Source: Candidatus Poriferisocius sp. (GTDB lineage: Bacteria > Actinomycetota > Acidimicrobiia > Acidimicrobiales > Bin134). Taken from it: DNA of 64,000 nt. Of the stretch, positions 44,188-53,124 are shown piece after piece; position 1 is the first letter of the stretch, and the number at the start of each line of letters is the position of its first letter. Location of the stretch: the NCBI GenBank assembly GCA_965208545.1, contig OZ242341.1:543380-607379 (forward strand), written 5' to 3'. The notes beneath the pieces were generated by a model. It was not told where the DNA came from and ran no database searches. It saw nothing but the letters and a program-made list of their open reading frames with translations. The translations under genes were made by a program, and so were the position numbers.

Positions 44188-44694
44188 ATGCCGACAGACT
44201 CCACTCCCAACGAACGCCTCCTCGACGCTGAGGTTGACATCCAGGCCCGACTGGGCGACGAGCCTCTTGACTTCGATTCGATGCAGGCCATCTCCAACAT
44301 CTATCGAGCTGCCGCGGCGGTCCGCCGCCGGGCCGAGCGGGAGGTGCTGGCCGAAGCCGGTTTGTCGTGGGGAGGCTTCACCATCTTGTGGGTGCTGTGG
44401 GTGTGGGGAGAGATGGAAGCCGCTCAACTGGCCTCCGAGTGCGATCTGGCCAAAGGCACGTTGACGGGGATGGTGACCACCCTGGAAAAGCAGGGCCGGG
44501 TGGAGCGCACCCGCATGCAGTCGGACCGCCGCCGAGTGACCGTGGCCCTCACCTCGGCTGGACTGCGGACAATTGAGCAGCTGTTTCCCCAGTTCAACGA
44601 ATTCGAGGGCAAGATGAGCGGGGGGCTCAGCGTTGCCGAGAAACACGATCTGGCCCGGCTCCTGCGAGCAGTCACGACGAACGCCTCTGAGTAG
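44188..44694 (+). CDS. MarR-family transcriptional regulator
   Basis: Winged-helix segment QLASECDLAKGTLTGMVTTLEKQGRVERTRMQSDRRRVTVALT. An alternative ATG start is at 44161. Confidence 0.8.
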   Translation: MPTDSTPNERLLDAEVDIQARLGDEPLDFDSMQAISNIYRAAAAVRRRAEREVLAEAGLSWGGFTILWVLWVWGEMEAAQLASECDLAKGTLTGMVTTLEKQGRVERTRMQSDRRRVTVALTSAGLRTIEQLFPQFNEFEGKMSGGLSVAEKHDLARLLRAVTTNASE

Positions 44695-44696
44695 GG

Positions 44697-46160
44697 TCAT
44701 CCGATCACAAACGGGTCGCGGGTGGCCCCGGTGAGCTCGATCCAGACGGTTTTGGTCTGGAGGAAGCCGTCGAGGGCTTCGAGCCCGTTGTCCCGGCCGT
44801 AACCTGACTGCTTGAAGCCGCCGAAGGGGGCCATGTAGCTCACGTTGCGGTAAGTGTTGATCCACACCGTGCCTACCCGGAGTGCTCTCGACACTCGGTG
44901 GGCCCGGCGGATGTCGTTGGTCCAGATGCCGGCGGCGAGCCCGTAGTCGCTGTCGTTGGCCAGCTTGATCACCTCGTCCTCGTCTTCGAAGTCGAGCACC
45001 GCCAGCACCGGGCCGAACACCTCCTCTCGGACGATGGTGGATTGGTTGGTCACCCCGGTGATCACGGTGGGGCGAACGAACCGTCCACCGAGTTCGGGGT
45101 CGACCACACCACCGGCGGCAATGGTGGCCCCCTCGGTACGGGCCTGGTCGATCATGGCCAGGATCCGGTCCCGCTGGGCATCCGACGCCGACGGTCCCAT
45201 CTCGGTGGCCGTATCGGCAGGATCGCCCAGCACCAGCTCATTGGCTCGGGCCACCACCCGGCCCACCACCTCGTCGACGATGTCCCGGTGGATGTAGGCC
45301 CTCGATCCGGCAATGCAGGTCTGACCGCTGGCCGCGAAGATCCCGGCCAGGAGCCCGTTGGTCACCGCTTCGGGGTCGGCATCGGAGAAGATGATCTGGG
45401 GCGACTTGCCACCCAGCTCCAGCACCGTGGGTGTCAGGTTGTCGGCTGCGGCCCGGGCCACGTGCTTGGCGGTGGCCCCGCCGCCGGTGAAGGTGATCTT
45501 GTCGATGTCGGGATGAGAGGTGATGGCCGCCCCAACCTCGGCGCCGCCGGTCACCACGTTGATGACCCCGGGGGGAATTCCGGCCTCTGCCGTCCGCTCG
45601 GCCAGCAACAGGGCGGTGACCGGGGTGATGTCCGAAGGCTTGACAACAACGGTGCATCCGGCGGCCAGCAGCGGAGCCAGCTTCCAGGTCAACAGGGCCA
45701 GCGGCGAGTTCCATGGGACGATGGCTCCCACCACGCCGATGGGCTCGCGCTCGGTGTACACCAAGAAGTTGGGCGACGGGCTGGGAAGCTGCTCCCCACC
45801 GATCTTGTCGGCCATCCCGGCGAAAAAGTCGTAGTAGCCCTGCAAGCCCTTGGCCTGGGCCGACGTCTCGCGGATGATCTTGCCGTTGTCCCTGGTCTCG
45901 ACCTGGCCCAACAGCTCGGCGTCTCGGGTCAGCAGCTCGCCGAGGCGGCGCATCAGCCGGGCCCGCTCGGTGGCGGCCATGGTGGCCCAGGGGCCGTCGG
46001 TGAATGCCCGCCGAGCGGCCCGGACGGCGTCGTCTACCGCCGCGGGGTCGTCGGCCACCTCAGCCCAGGGCTCCCCAGAGTACGGATTGGTTGTGGCCAT
46101 GCGCCGGCCATTGGGCGGGGGAGCGAACTCCCCGTCGATCCAGTTGTCGTATATCTCCAT
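44697..46160 (-). CDS. NAD(P)-dependent aldehyde dehydrogenase
   Basis: FTGG, ELGGKSP and GQTCIAGSR motifs. ATG 46160 overlaps the ferredoxin stop (TGATG). Confidence 0.85.
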   Translation of the reverse strand: MEIYDNWIDGEFAPPPNGRRMATTNPYSGEPWAEVADDPAAVDDAVRAARRAFTDGPWATMAATERARLMRRLGELLTRDAELLGQVETRDNGKIIRETSAQAKGLQGYYDFFAGMADKIGGEQLPSPSPNFLVYTEREPIGVVGAIVPWNSPLALLTWKLAPLLAAGCTVVVKPSDITPVTALLLAERTAEAGIPPGVINVVTGGAEVGAAITSHPDIDKITFTGGGATAKHVARAAADNLTPTVLELGGKSPQIIFSDADPEAVTNGLLAGIFAASGQTCIAGSRAYIHRDIVDEVVGRVVARANELVLGDPADTATEMGPSASDAQRDRILAMIDQARTEGATIAAGGVVDPELGGRFVRPTVITGVTNQSTIVREEVFGPVLAVLDFEDEDEVIKLANDSDYGLAAGIWTNDIRRAHRVSRALRVGTVWINTYRNVSYMAPFGGFKQSGYGRDNGLEALDGFLQTKTVWIELTGATRDPFVIG

Positions 46161-46378
46161 CAAGACACTCCTTCCACTATGGAAATGGCCCTTCCGGGGC
46201 AGCGATCCACTACTACGTCGGCTCGGTCTCGGGGCAAGAGTCCGTCGCTGATCACCGAAGAGATGACTATGTCGTCATCCAACTCGAACACCTCGGGTTC
46301 GAGCATCTCGCAGATCCCGCCGCCGATGCACAGCTCCCGGTCCACCGCCACCCGCACCAAATCATCGCCCCCAGCCAT
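46160..46378 (-). CDS. small ferredoxin (P450 partner type)
   Basis: CIGGGICE ... CPGRAI pattern. The internal ATG 46378 overlaps the upstream stop. Confidence 0.7.
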   Translation of the reverse strand: MAGGDDLVRVAVDRELCIGGGICEMLEPEVFELDDDIVISSVISDGLLPRDRADVVVDRCPGRAISIVEGVS

Positions 46379-47658
46379 CAGCCGGCCGCCAGAGCCTGGT
46401 CGAGGATGGCCATGCCCTCGTCTATGTCCGATTGGGTGGCCACCAGCGGCACCAGCACCCGGATGCAATTGGAGTACACCCCGGCCCCCATGAGGATGAG
46501 CCCGCGGTCGAAGGCCTCATTAATCACCCGGGCGGCCCGTTCGGCGTCGGGCTCTTTGCTGTCGGGGTCCTTCACCAGCTCGATGGCCAGCATGGCCCCC
46601 AGACCCCGTATCTCGCCGATGCTGGGGTGACGGGCGGCCAGCGCATCAAGCCGGGTCCGAAGCTGCTCACCGAGGGCTTGGGCTGTCTCCTGGAATTCGG
46701 GGTCGAGCACCTGGGAGATGGCTGCCTGAGCGGCTGCGCACGACAGGGGATTGCCGCCGTAGGTCCCCCCGATGCCGCCGGCATGCACCGAGTCCATGAT
46801 CTCGGCGCGGCCAGTGACCCCGGAGATGGGCAGCCCACCGCCCATGGCCTTGCCCCAGGTACACAGATCAGGCTCGATTCCGTAATGGGCGCACGCTGCG
46901 GGCAGACCGGTGCGGCCCATACCGGCCTGCACCTCGTCAGAGATCAGCAGTATTCCGTGCTCAGCGGCGATCTCGGCCACCCGGGAGGGATAGTCCTTGG
47001 GCATGGGAATGAAACCGCCTTCGCCCTGGACCGGCTCGAAGATGATGGCGGCCACATTCGCCGGGTCGACTTGGTTCTTGAACAGTCGGTGCAGGCCGGC
47101 GATGGCGTCGTCGCTGGTGACGCCCCGGTAGGGGTAGGGCCCTGGCGCTCGGTATATCTCGGGGGCGAATGGCCCAAAGCCCAGCTTGTAGGGCCGCACT
47201 TTGGCGGTGAGCGACATGGTGAGCAGGGTCCGCCCGTGGAAGGCGTTGTCGAGGCAGATGATGCCCTGGCGGCCGGAGTGGTAGCGGGCGATCTTCACCG
47301 CGTTCTCCACCGCCTCGGCTCCCGAGTTCAACAGCAGCCCCTTCTTGTCGAAGTCGCCGGGATGGCACTGGGCCAGCAGCCGGCACACCTCCACGTACGG
47401 CTCATAGGACGACAGCGAGAAGCACTGGTGCAGATAGGCATCGAGCTGCTCGCGGATGGCGGCCACGATCTCGGGATTGGTATGTCCATGGTTGGCGGTG
47501 CCCACGCCGCCCACGAAGTCGATGAACTCTCGGCCGTCCACATCCCAGATGCGGGCGCCCGACGCCCGAGCGACGAAGAACGGCCGTCCTGCCGTGCCCG
47601 CCGCAACCCAGCGGGAGCGTTCGGCGGCCAACCGGTCGGTGTTGGGTGTCTCGGTCAT
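46378..47658 (-). CDS. class III (omega/GABA-type) PLP-dependent aminotransferase
   Basis: DFVGGVGTANHGH and DEVQAGMGRTG motifs. ATG 47658 forms an ATGA overlap with the P450 stop. Confidence 0.85.
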   Translation of the reverse strand: MTETPNTDRLAAERSRWVAAGTAGRPFFVARASGARIWDVDGREFIDFVGGVGTANHGHTNPEIVAAIREQLDAYLHQCFSLSSYEPYVEVCRLLAQCHPGDFDKKGLLLNSGAEAVENAVKIARYHSGRQGIICLDNAFHGRTLLTMSLTAKVRPYKLGFGPFAPEIYRAPGPYPYRGVTSDDAIAGLHRLFKNQVDPANVAAIIFEPVQGEGGFIPMPKDYPSRVAEIAAEHGILLISDEVQAGMGRTGLPAACAHYGIEPDLCTWGKAMGGGLPISGVTGRAEIMDSVHAGGIGGTYGGNPLSCAAAQAAISQVLDPEFQETAQALGEQLRTRLDALAARHPSIGEIRGLGAMLAIELVKDPDSKEPDAERAARVINEAFDRGLILMGAGVYSNCIRVLVPLVATQSDIDEGMAILDQALAAG

Positions 47659-48914
47659 GACGCCTTGGCCGGTTGCATGCCCACCGACTGCACGCCGTGG
47701 ACGAAGTTCGACCGGGCTCGTACCGGCTCCGAGGTCTGCTCCAAGCAGATCGACCGCTTGGCCATCTCCTCCAGCAGCACGGTGACTTCCAGCCGGGCCA
47801 GAAAGGCCCCTAGGCACAGGTGGGGACCGCCGCCGCCGAAGGCGAAGTGGTCGCTGTTGGCCCGGCTTACGTCGAACCTGAATGGGTTCTCGAACACGGT
47901 CTCGTCGCGGTTGGCCGAGGCGTACCACATCACCACCTTGTCGCCCTTGGCGATGCGGGTGCCGGCCAGTTCGGTATCGGCGGTGACGGTGCGCCGCATG
48001 TGCATCACCGGGGTGGCCCAACGCAGGATCTCTTCGGCGGCCGACTCGATGAGCGATGGGTCGTCCAGAACCCGCTGCCACTCATCGGGGTTGGCGGCCA
48101 GCGCCAACGCCCCATGGCTGATGGCGGTGCGAGTGGTCTCATTCCCAGCGAACACCAGCAGGTGGAACATGTTGCGGTACTCGCTCCTCGACATCCGCTC
48201 GTCCTCGGATTCGGCCTGCACCAAGTGAGATACCAGATCGTCTTGGGGATCATCTTGGCGCTGTTGGCGCATCCCCTCGCCATACTTGAACAGCGCGTGG
48301 CTGGCCGGGCTGTTGAACGGCAGCAGGCGCAGCTCGGTGGTGTTCCCAAACGCATCGGGAGGAATCGACTGGGCGTCGCCGGTGCCCTCCACCAGGTAGT
48401 TGGACAGCTCCACCAGGTAGTCGGCGTCCTCGACCGGTACGCCGAGCATGTTCAAGATGACCTGAATGGGCAGCGGGGCGGCCACCATTTCCACCCAGTC
48501 GCCTCCGCCCTGGGCGGCGAACTCGTCGAGCAACTCAATGGTGATGGCCCGCACCGTCTCCTCCCACCGGCGGATGTTCTTGGGAGTGAAGGCACCGGCC
48601 ACCAGTCTTCGGAGCCGGGTGTGGTCGGGGGCGTCGGTATCGATCAGCGATCGGCGGGCCTCCAGCGCGTCGGCCTCCAGATCCCACAGGTTGGTATGGC
48701 CGATGGCTGAGGAGAACAGCTCGGGGGTCCGGGACACATAGCGCACCTCGGCGTGGCGGGTCACCGCCCAGAAGCCCCCGTCTTCGTAGGGGTGCCAGGC
48801 CAGGCCGGGGATGGCCCGCAGTTGGGTGAAGCGGTCGTGGGGGATCCCCTCGAGATACAGGCTGGGCTCGGTGACGTTGGGTGTCTCCACCACGGCGGCC
48901 GATGTCGCAGCCAT
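47655..48914 (-). CDS. cytochrome P450
   Basis: Heme loop FGGGGPHLCLGAFLA. ATG 48914 lies 1 nt after the upstream stop. Confidence 0.85.
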   Translation of the reverse strand: MAATSAAVVETPNVTEPSLYLEGIPHDRFTQLRAIPGLAWHPYEDGGFWAVTRHAEVRYVSRTPELFSSAIGHTNLWDLEADALEARRSLIDTDAPDHTRLRRLVAGAFTPKNIRRWEETVRAITIELLDEFAAQGGGDWVEMVAAPLPIQVILNMLGVPVEDADYLVELSNYLVEGTGDAQSIPPDAFGNTTELRLLPFNSPASHALFKYGEGMRQQRQDDPQDDLVSHLVQAESEDERMSRSEYRNMFHLLVFAGNETTRTAISHGALALAANPDEWQRVLDDPSLIESAAEEILRWATPVMHMRRTVTADTELAGTRIAKGDKVVMWYASANRDETVFENPFRFDVSRANSDHFAFGGGGPHLCLGAFLARLEVTVLLEEMAKRSICLEQTSEPVRARSNFVHGVQSVGMQPAKAS

Positions 48915-48915
48915 C

Positions 48916-50259
48916 TCAGCAGTGCTCCGCATACCGGGCCCGCTCCCAGTTGTTCACCTCGTCGGGATGGGGCGAGTTCTCCGCGGCCAACGAAAGCTCG
49001 TGATCGGCCAAGCACAGGAAACCCTCGGAGAACATCTCTCCCAGAAGCTCGGACAGCGGGCTGTTCCGGTAGGTGGCAATGGCCCCGGCCAGATCGGTGG
49101 GCAGGGCCAGAGAGTCGCCGGGTTCGGCGTACATGTCGCCCTCGCTCATGGCCGGCAGGGGCAGCGCCCGCTCGATCCCGTCGAGTCCGGCGGCCAGGAT
49201 GGCGGCAATCATCAAATAGGGATTGGCGTCGGCCCCCGCGGCCCGGTGCTCCACCCGGTTGGCTGTTGAATCGGGCTCGCAGATGCACCGGCAATACACC
49301 GAGCGGTTGTCCAGGCCCCAGTGCACGTGGGTGGGCACGAACGTGTAGGGGCGGATGCGCTTGGGTCCGTTGATGGTGGGGGCACCCAGCAGCGTCATGG
49401 ATTCGGCGTGCTCGAGCAGCCCGGCGACCCAGTGCGTCATGAGCTGGTTGGGTATGCCGTCGGAGTCGGCAAACGCATTGGCTCCGCCCTCGGACAGGCT
49501 GGTGTGGATGTGCATGCCCGAACCCGACGGCTCGGTCCACAGTTTGGGCATGAAGGTGGCCCGCATTCCGTGCTGGACGGCCACCTGCTTGACGATGCTC
49601 TTGAGCAGCACGGTGTTGTCGGCGCAGGTCATGGCGTCGGCGTGGCCGATGTTGATCTCCATCTGCCCGGGTCCGTACTCGGGGTTGGACGACTCCAACT
49701 CCAGCCCAGCGGCCAGCAAACCGTGGCGCATGTCTCGCACACAGTCCTCCAACTCCAGGGCGTCGGTGAGCGAGGAGTATTGGATGTGGTTCTGCACCGG
49801 CGTCCAGTCGGGGGCGCAGATATAGAACTCCAATTCGGTGGCCACCACCGGGTCCAAACCGGCTTGGCGGCACCGTTCGATCTGGTTGGCCAACACGTTG
49901 CGGGGGGCGGCGAAGTGAGGTTGGCCGTGGGGGTCGAAGGTGTCGGCGAACACCAGGGCATAGCCCGGACGATGCGAGAAGATGCGCCCGGTGGAGACGT
50001 CGGGCACGAGGTGGCAGTCGAGAAAGCCCGACTCCATGTTGATGTAGGGGTGATCGGGGAGGTCGTTCTGCATGTCGAACGTGAAGATGGCATCGGCGAT
50101 GTTGAGGCCGCCATCGACGGTCGTCGAGAAGAACCGCTCCACCGGTACCCGCTTGCCCCGGATATGGCCCAGAGTGTCGAGTGTGGCCACCTCGACGGTG
50201 TGAACCTCGGCCTGCTCACAGGCGGTGCGGAAGTCGTCGACGCTGGTGGTCTCAGCCAT
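48916..50259 (-). CDS. glutamine-synthetase-family enzyme (gamma-glutamyl-amine synthetase-like)
   Basis: GS beta-grasp plus catalytic-domain layout (e.g. ATFMPK, GSGMHIH). ATG 50259. Confidence 0.75.
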   Translation of the reverse strand: MAETTSVDDFRTACEQAEVHTVEVATLDTLGHIRGKRVPVERFFSTTVDGGLNIADAIFTFDMQNDLPDHPYINMESGFLDCHLVPDVSTGRIFSHRPGYALVFADTFDPHGQPHFAAPRNVLANQIERCRQAGLDPVVATELEFYICAPDWTPVQNHIQYSSLTDALELEDCVRDMRHGLLAAGLELESSNPEYGPGQMEINIGHADAMTCADNTVLLKSIVKQVAVQHGMRATFMPKLWTEPSGSGMHIHTSLSEGGANAFADSDGIPNQLMTHWVAGLLEHAESMTLLGAPTINGPKRIRPYTFVPTHVHWGLDNRSVYCRCICEPDSTANRVEHRAAGADANPYLMIAAILAAGLDGIERALPLPAMSEGDMYAEPGDSLALPTDLAGAIATYRNSPLSELLGEMFSEGFLCLADHELSLAAENSPHPDEVNNWERARYAEHC

Positions 50260-50282
50260 GTTTCGAATACCTCTCTGACGGT

Positions 50283-51263
50283 TCAGTTGGCATGGGCTTG
50301 GTCGATCAGCAGTACCAGTCGGCCTTGAACGTCGCCGGTGCGCAGGCGGTCGTGGGCGAGTTGGGCATCGGTGAAGGGCATGGTCTCCACCGGGGCGATG
50401 ATGGACGGCTCCCGGCGGGCCAAGTCGAGGAGTTCCCCCAGCTGCGGCCGGGTGCCCCAGATGCTGGACATGAAGTGGGCCTCGTGGGGAACGGCCCCAA
50501 CGCCGAACGGTATGCGGCCGCCGTACAAGCCGACTGCCACCACCAGGCCCTGCCTGGCCACCGCACTGGCCGCTATGGCCAGCGTGGCATCGCTACCCAC
50601 GAAATCGATCACTGCATCGCACAGCGGCAGTTCGTCGTCAGCGTCAAGCGCCCCGTCGGCGCCCATGTCCAGCGCCGTGGCCCGCTTGTCGGCGGCCCGG
50701 TCGAGGACCAGCACTTCGGCGTCGGACAGCAGCTTGAGGTAGCGAAGGGCGAACTGGCCGATCCCGCCGACGCCGATGACCAGCACCCGGCGCTTCCGAC
50801 CAGGACGGCGCAGCGTCTCCAGAGTCTGCTGCACAGCCCGGTAGCCGGTGAGGCCTCCGCAGGCCAGCGGCGCGCTGGCCACCGGATCGAGATCGCCCAG
50901 CGGATACAGGTACGCCCGATCGGCGATGGCCATGCGCTCGGCGTAACCACCGTCGACCACCAGACCGGCCTCGGTGGCATCCGCGCAGATCATCTCGTTG
51001 CCATCGGCGCACTCCCGGCATCGCCCGCATCCCCAGGGGGCGTACACCATCACCGGTCCCAGGTCGGGGTGAAACCCGGTGACCTCGTGGCCCAACACGA
51101 TGGGCAGGGGACTGGGGAATTCGCCCGCCACCACATGCAGGTCGGAGTGGCACAGCCCGCAGGCAATGACGTCGATGACCTCGCTGCCGTCGGCACCGGG
51201 CTCGAGGTAGTCGTCAACCACCACGAGGGGCGAATTCCGAGCTTCAAGGACGACGGCGCGCAT
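50283..51263 (-). CDS. zinc-dependent alcohol dehydrogenase (MDR family)
   Basis: ACGLCHSDLH and GHEVTG motifs. Confidence 0.85.
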   Translation of the reverse strand: MRAVVLEARNSPLVVVDDYLEPGADGSEVIDVIACGLCHSDLHVVAGEFPSPLPIVLGHEVTGFHPDLGPVMVYAPWGCGRCRECADGNEMICADATEAGLVVDGGYAERMAIADRAYLYPLGDLDPVASAPLACGGLTGYRAVQQTLETLRRPGRKRRVLVIGVGGIGQFALRYLKLLSDAEVLVLDRAADKRATALDMGADGALDADDELPLCDAVIDFVGSDATLAIAASAVARQGLVVAVGLYGGRIPFGVGAVPHEAHFMSSIWGTRPQLGELLDLARREPSIIAPVETMPFTDAQLAHDRLRTGDVQGRLVLLIDQAHAN

Positions 51264-51264
51264 A

Positions 51265-52431
51265 TCAGTAGCTCTTGGGCAGGCCGAGGCACTTCTGGGC
51301 CACGAAGGCCAGCACCAGGTTGTTATTGACCGGGGCTATTTGATACAGCCGCGTCTCGCGGAACTTGCGCTCGATGTCGTACTCCACCGCAAACCCGAAT
51401 CCGCCGTGGGTGTTGAGAGCGGCATTCCCGGCCTCCCAGGAGGCCTCCGACGCCAGCAGCTTGGCCATGTTGGCCTCGGCCCCGCACGGCTCCCCGGCGT
51501 CGAACAGGTTGGCCGCCTTCCACCGCATGAGGTTGGCGGCCTCGAGGTTGGCGTAGGCCCGGGCCAGCGGGAAGGCCACCCCCTGGTTCATGCCGATGGG
51601 CCGTCCGAACACCTCTCGCCCTCTGGCGTACTCGCTGGCCCTTTCCAGGAAGAACCGGCCGTCGCCGATGCACTCCGCGGCGATGAGAATCCGCTCGGCG
51701 TTCATGCCGTCGAGGATGTGGCGGAAGCCCTGGCCCTCGGTGCCCACCAGGGCATCGCCGGGCACCACCACGTCGTCGAAGAACACCTCGGTGGTGTTGT
51801 GGTTCATCATTGTGGGGATGGGGTTGATGGTCAGCCCCGGCACCAGCTCGCCGTCGTCATCTCTCAGCTCGATCAGGAACACCGACAGGCCGTCAGTGCG
51901 GTTTTTCACGTCGTCTGACGGGGCGGTGCGGGCCAGCAGGATCATCAGATCGGAGTACAGCGCCCGCGACGTCCAGATCTTCTGGCCACTGATGCGCCAG
52001 CTGTCCCCATCTCGAACTGCCCGAGTCTGGATGGCGGTGGTCTCCGACCCGGCGGTGGGCTCGGTGACTCCGAATGCCTGCAATCGCTTGCGTCCGTCGG
52101 CCACCAGGGGCAGGTACTTCTGCTTCTGCTCCTCCGACCCGTGGCGCAGCAGTGTGCCCATCACGTACATCTGGGCATGGCAGGCGCTGGGATTGCCCCC
52201 GCTGGCCGAAATCTCCTCCACGATCACCGACGCCCCCGCCAGGCTGAGCCCGCCGCCGCCGTACTGCTCGGGGATCAGCGATCCGAGCCAACCGTGGGCG
52301 GTCAGCTCGGCCACAAACTCCTCCGGGTAGCCGCTGGGCTCGAGCTCACGCCAGTACTCGTTGCCGAACTTGTCGCACAGTCGGCGCACCTCAGTGCGGA
52401 TGAGTTCGAAGTCGTCGGGTGTGGCGGCCAC
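51265..52431 (-). CDS. acyl-CoA dehydrogenase
   Basis: Typical ACAD layout (GWLGSLIPEQYGGGGLS, C-terminal helical domain). GTG start adjacent to the GntR stop. Confidence 0.85.
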   Translation of the reverse strand: MAATPDDFELIRTEVRRLCDKFGNEYWRELEPSGYPEEFVAELTAHGWLGSLIPEQYGGGGLSLAGASVIVEEISASGGNPSACHAQMYVMGTLLRHGSEEQKQKYLPLVADGRKRLQAFGVTEPTAGSETTAIQTRAVRDGDSWRISGQKIWTSRALYSDLMILLARTAPSDDVKNRTDGLSVFLIELRDDDGELVPGLTINPIPTMMNHNTTEVFFDDVVVPGDALVGTEGQGFRHILDGMNAERILIAAECIGDGRFFLERASEYARGREVFGRPIGMNQGVAFPLARAYANLEAANLMRWKAANLFDAGEPCGAEANMAKLLASEASWEAGNAALNTHGGFGFAVEYDIERKFRETRLYQIAPVNNNLVLAFVAQKCLGLPKSY

Positions 52432-53124
52432 TCAGTCCTCCCAGAATCCTTGGCGCTCCAAATGGGCTACGGCGGCCACCCCCGACTCGTGGAGGTGGTG
52501 CTCCATCCGTCGGCGGGCCTCGTCGGGGTCGCGGTCGACGATGGCCTCGAGGATGGCGGCGTGGTGCTGAACGGCCTGAGCGTCCCATCCGTCGGTGAAC
52601 TCGTAGTAGTCGGCCGGGACCGAGCGCTCCAGCAGGCGAAGGAGCCAGCGGGTCCGGCGGGGAGCGGTGCGGTTGATGATGCGGTGGAAAGCCCAGTTCA
52701 GAGCAGAGAGGTCGTCGCTGGTGCCGTCGACGAACCGCTCGTGAATGGCTCGCAGTTGCTCGATCTCATCTTCGCCCAGGGTGTCGGCCGCAATGGCCGC
52801 GGCCCGGCCCCCAACCACGCCGAACAGCTCGTAGTGGTCGACGATGTCTTCGGGGGTCAGATCGGCCACCACGGCGCCCCGCCGGGGAATCAGGTCCAAC
52901 AGGCCTTCCTGGCCGAGGATGACCAGCGCCTCCCGGATCGGGCTCCGGCTTACGTCAAGCGCGGCGGCCAGAGCTTCTTGGTCGATCTTGGTTCCCGGCT
53001 TCAACGCACCGGTGAGGATCTGCTCCCTCACATAGAGCACCACGTCGTCGGCCAATCCGCCCCGCCGCCGTGTCGGCGGCCGGGTGCCCTGGTAGGGGTC
53101 ACCGAAGACGGCTAGCTCGGTCAT
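52432..53124 (-). CDS. GntR-family (FadR/FCD-type) transcriptional regulator
   Basis: Helix-turn-helix region ALAAALDVSRSPIREALVILGQEGLLDLIPRRGAVV with a helical C-terminal domain. ATGA overlap with the upstream gene. Confidence 0.85.
   Translation of the reverse strand: MTELAVFGDPYQGTRPPTRRRGGLADDVVLYVREQILTGALKPGTKIDQEALAAALDVSRSPIREALVILGQEGLLDLIPRRGAVVADLTPEDIVDHYELFGVVGGRAAAIAADTLGEDEIEQLRAIHERFVDGTSDDLSALNWAFHRIINRTAPRRTRWLLRLLERSVPADYYEFTDGWDAQAVQHHAAILEAIVDRDPDEARRRMEHHLHESGVAAVAHLERQGFWED

Noticed and set aside
44898-48228. 531-aa and 598-aa plus-strand ORFs (44898-46493 and 46432-48228) antisense to the aldehyde dehydrogenase, ferredoxin and aminotransferase genes
   Set aside because: Their translations are low-complexity Gly/Arg/Pro-rich. 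The minus-strand genes carry canonical ALDH and class III aminotransferase motifs.
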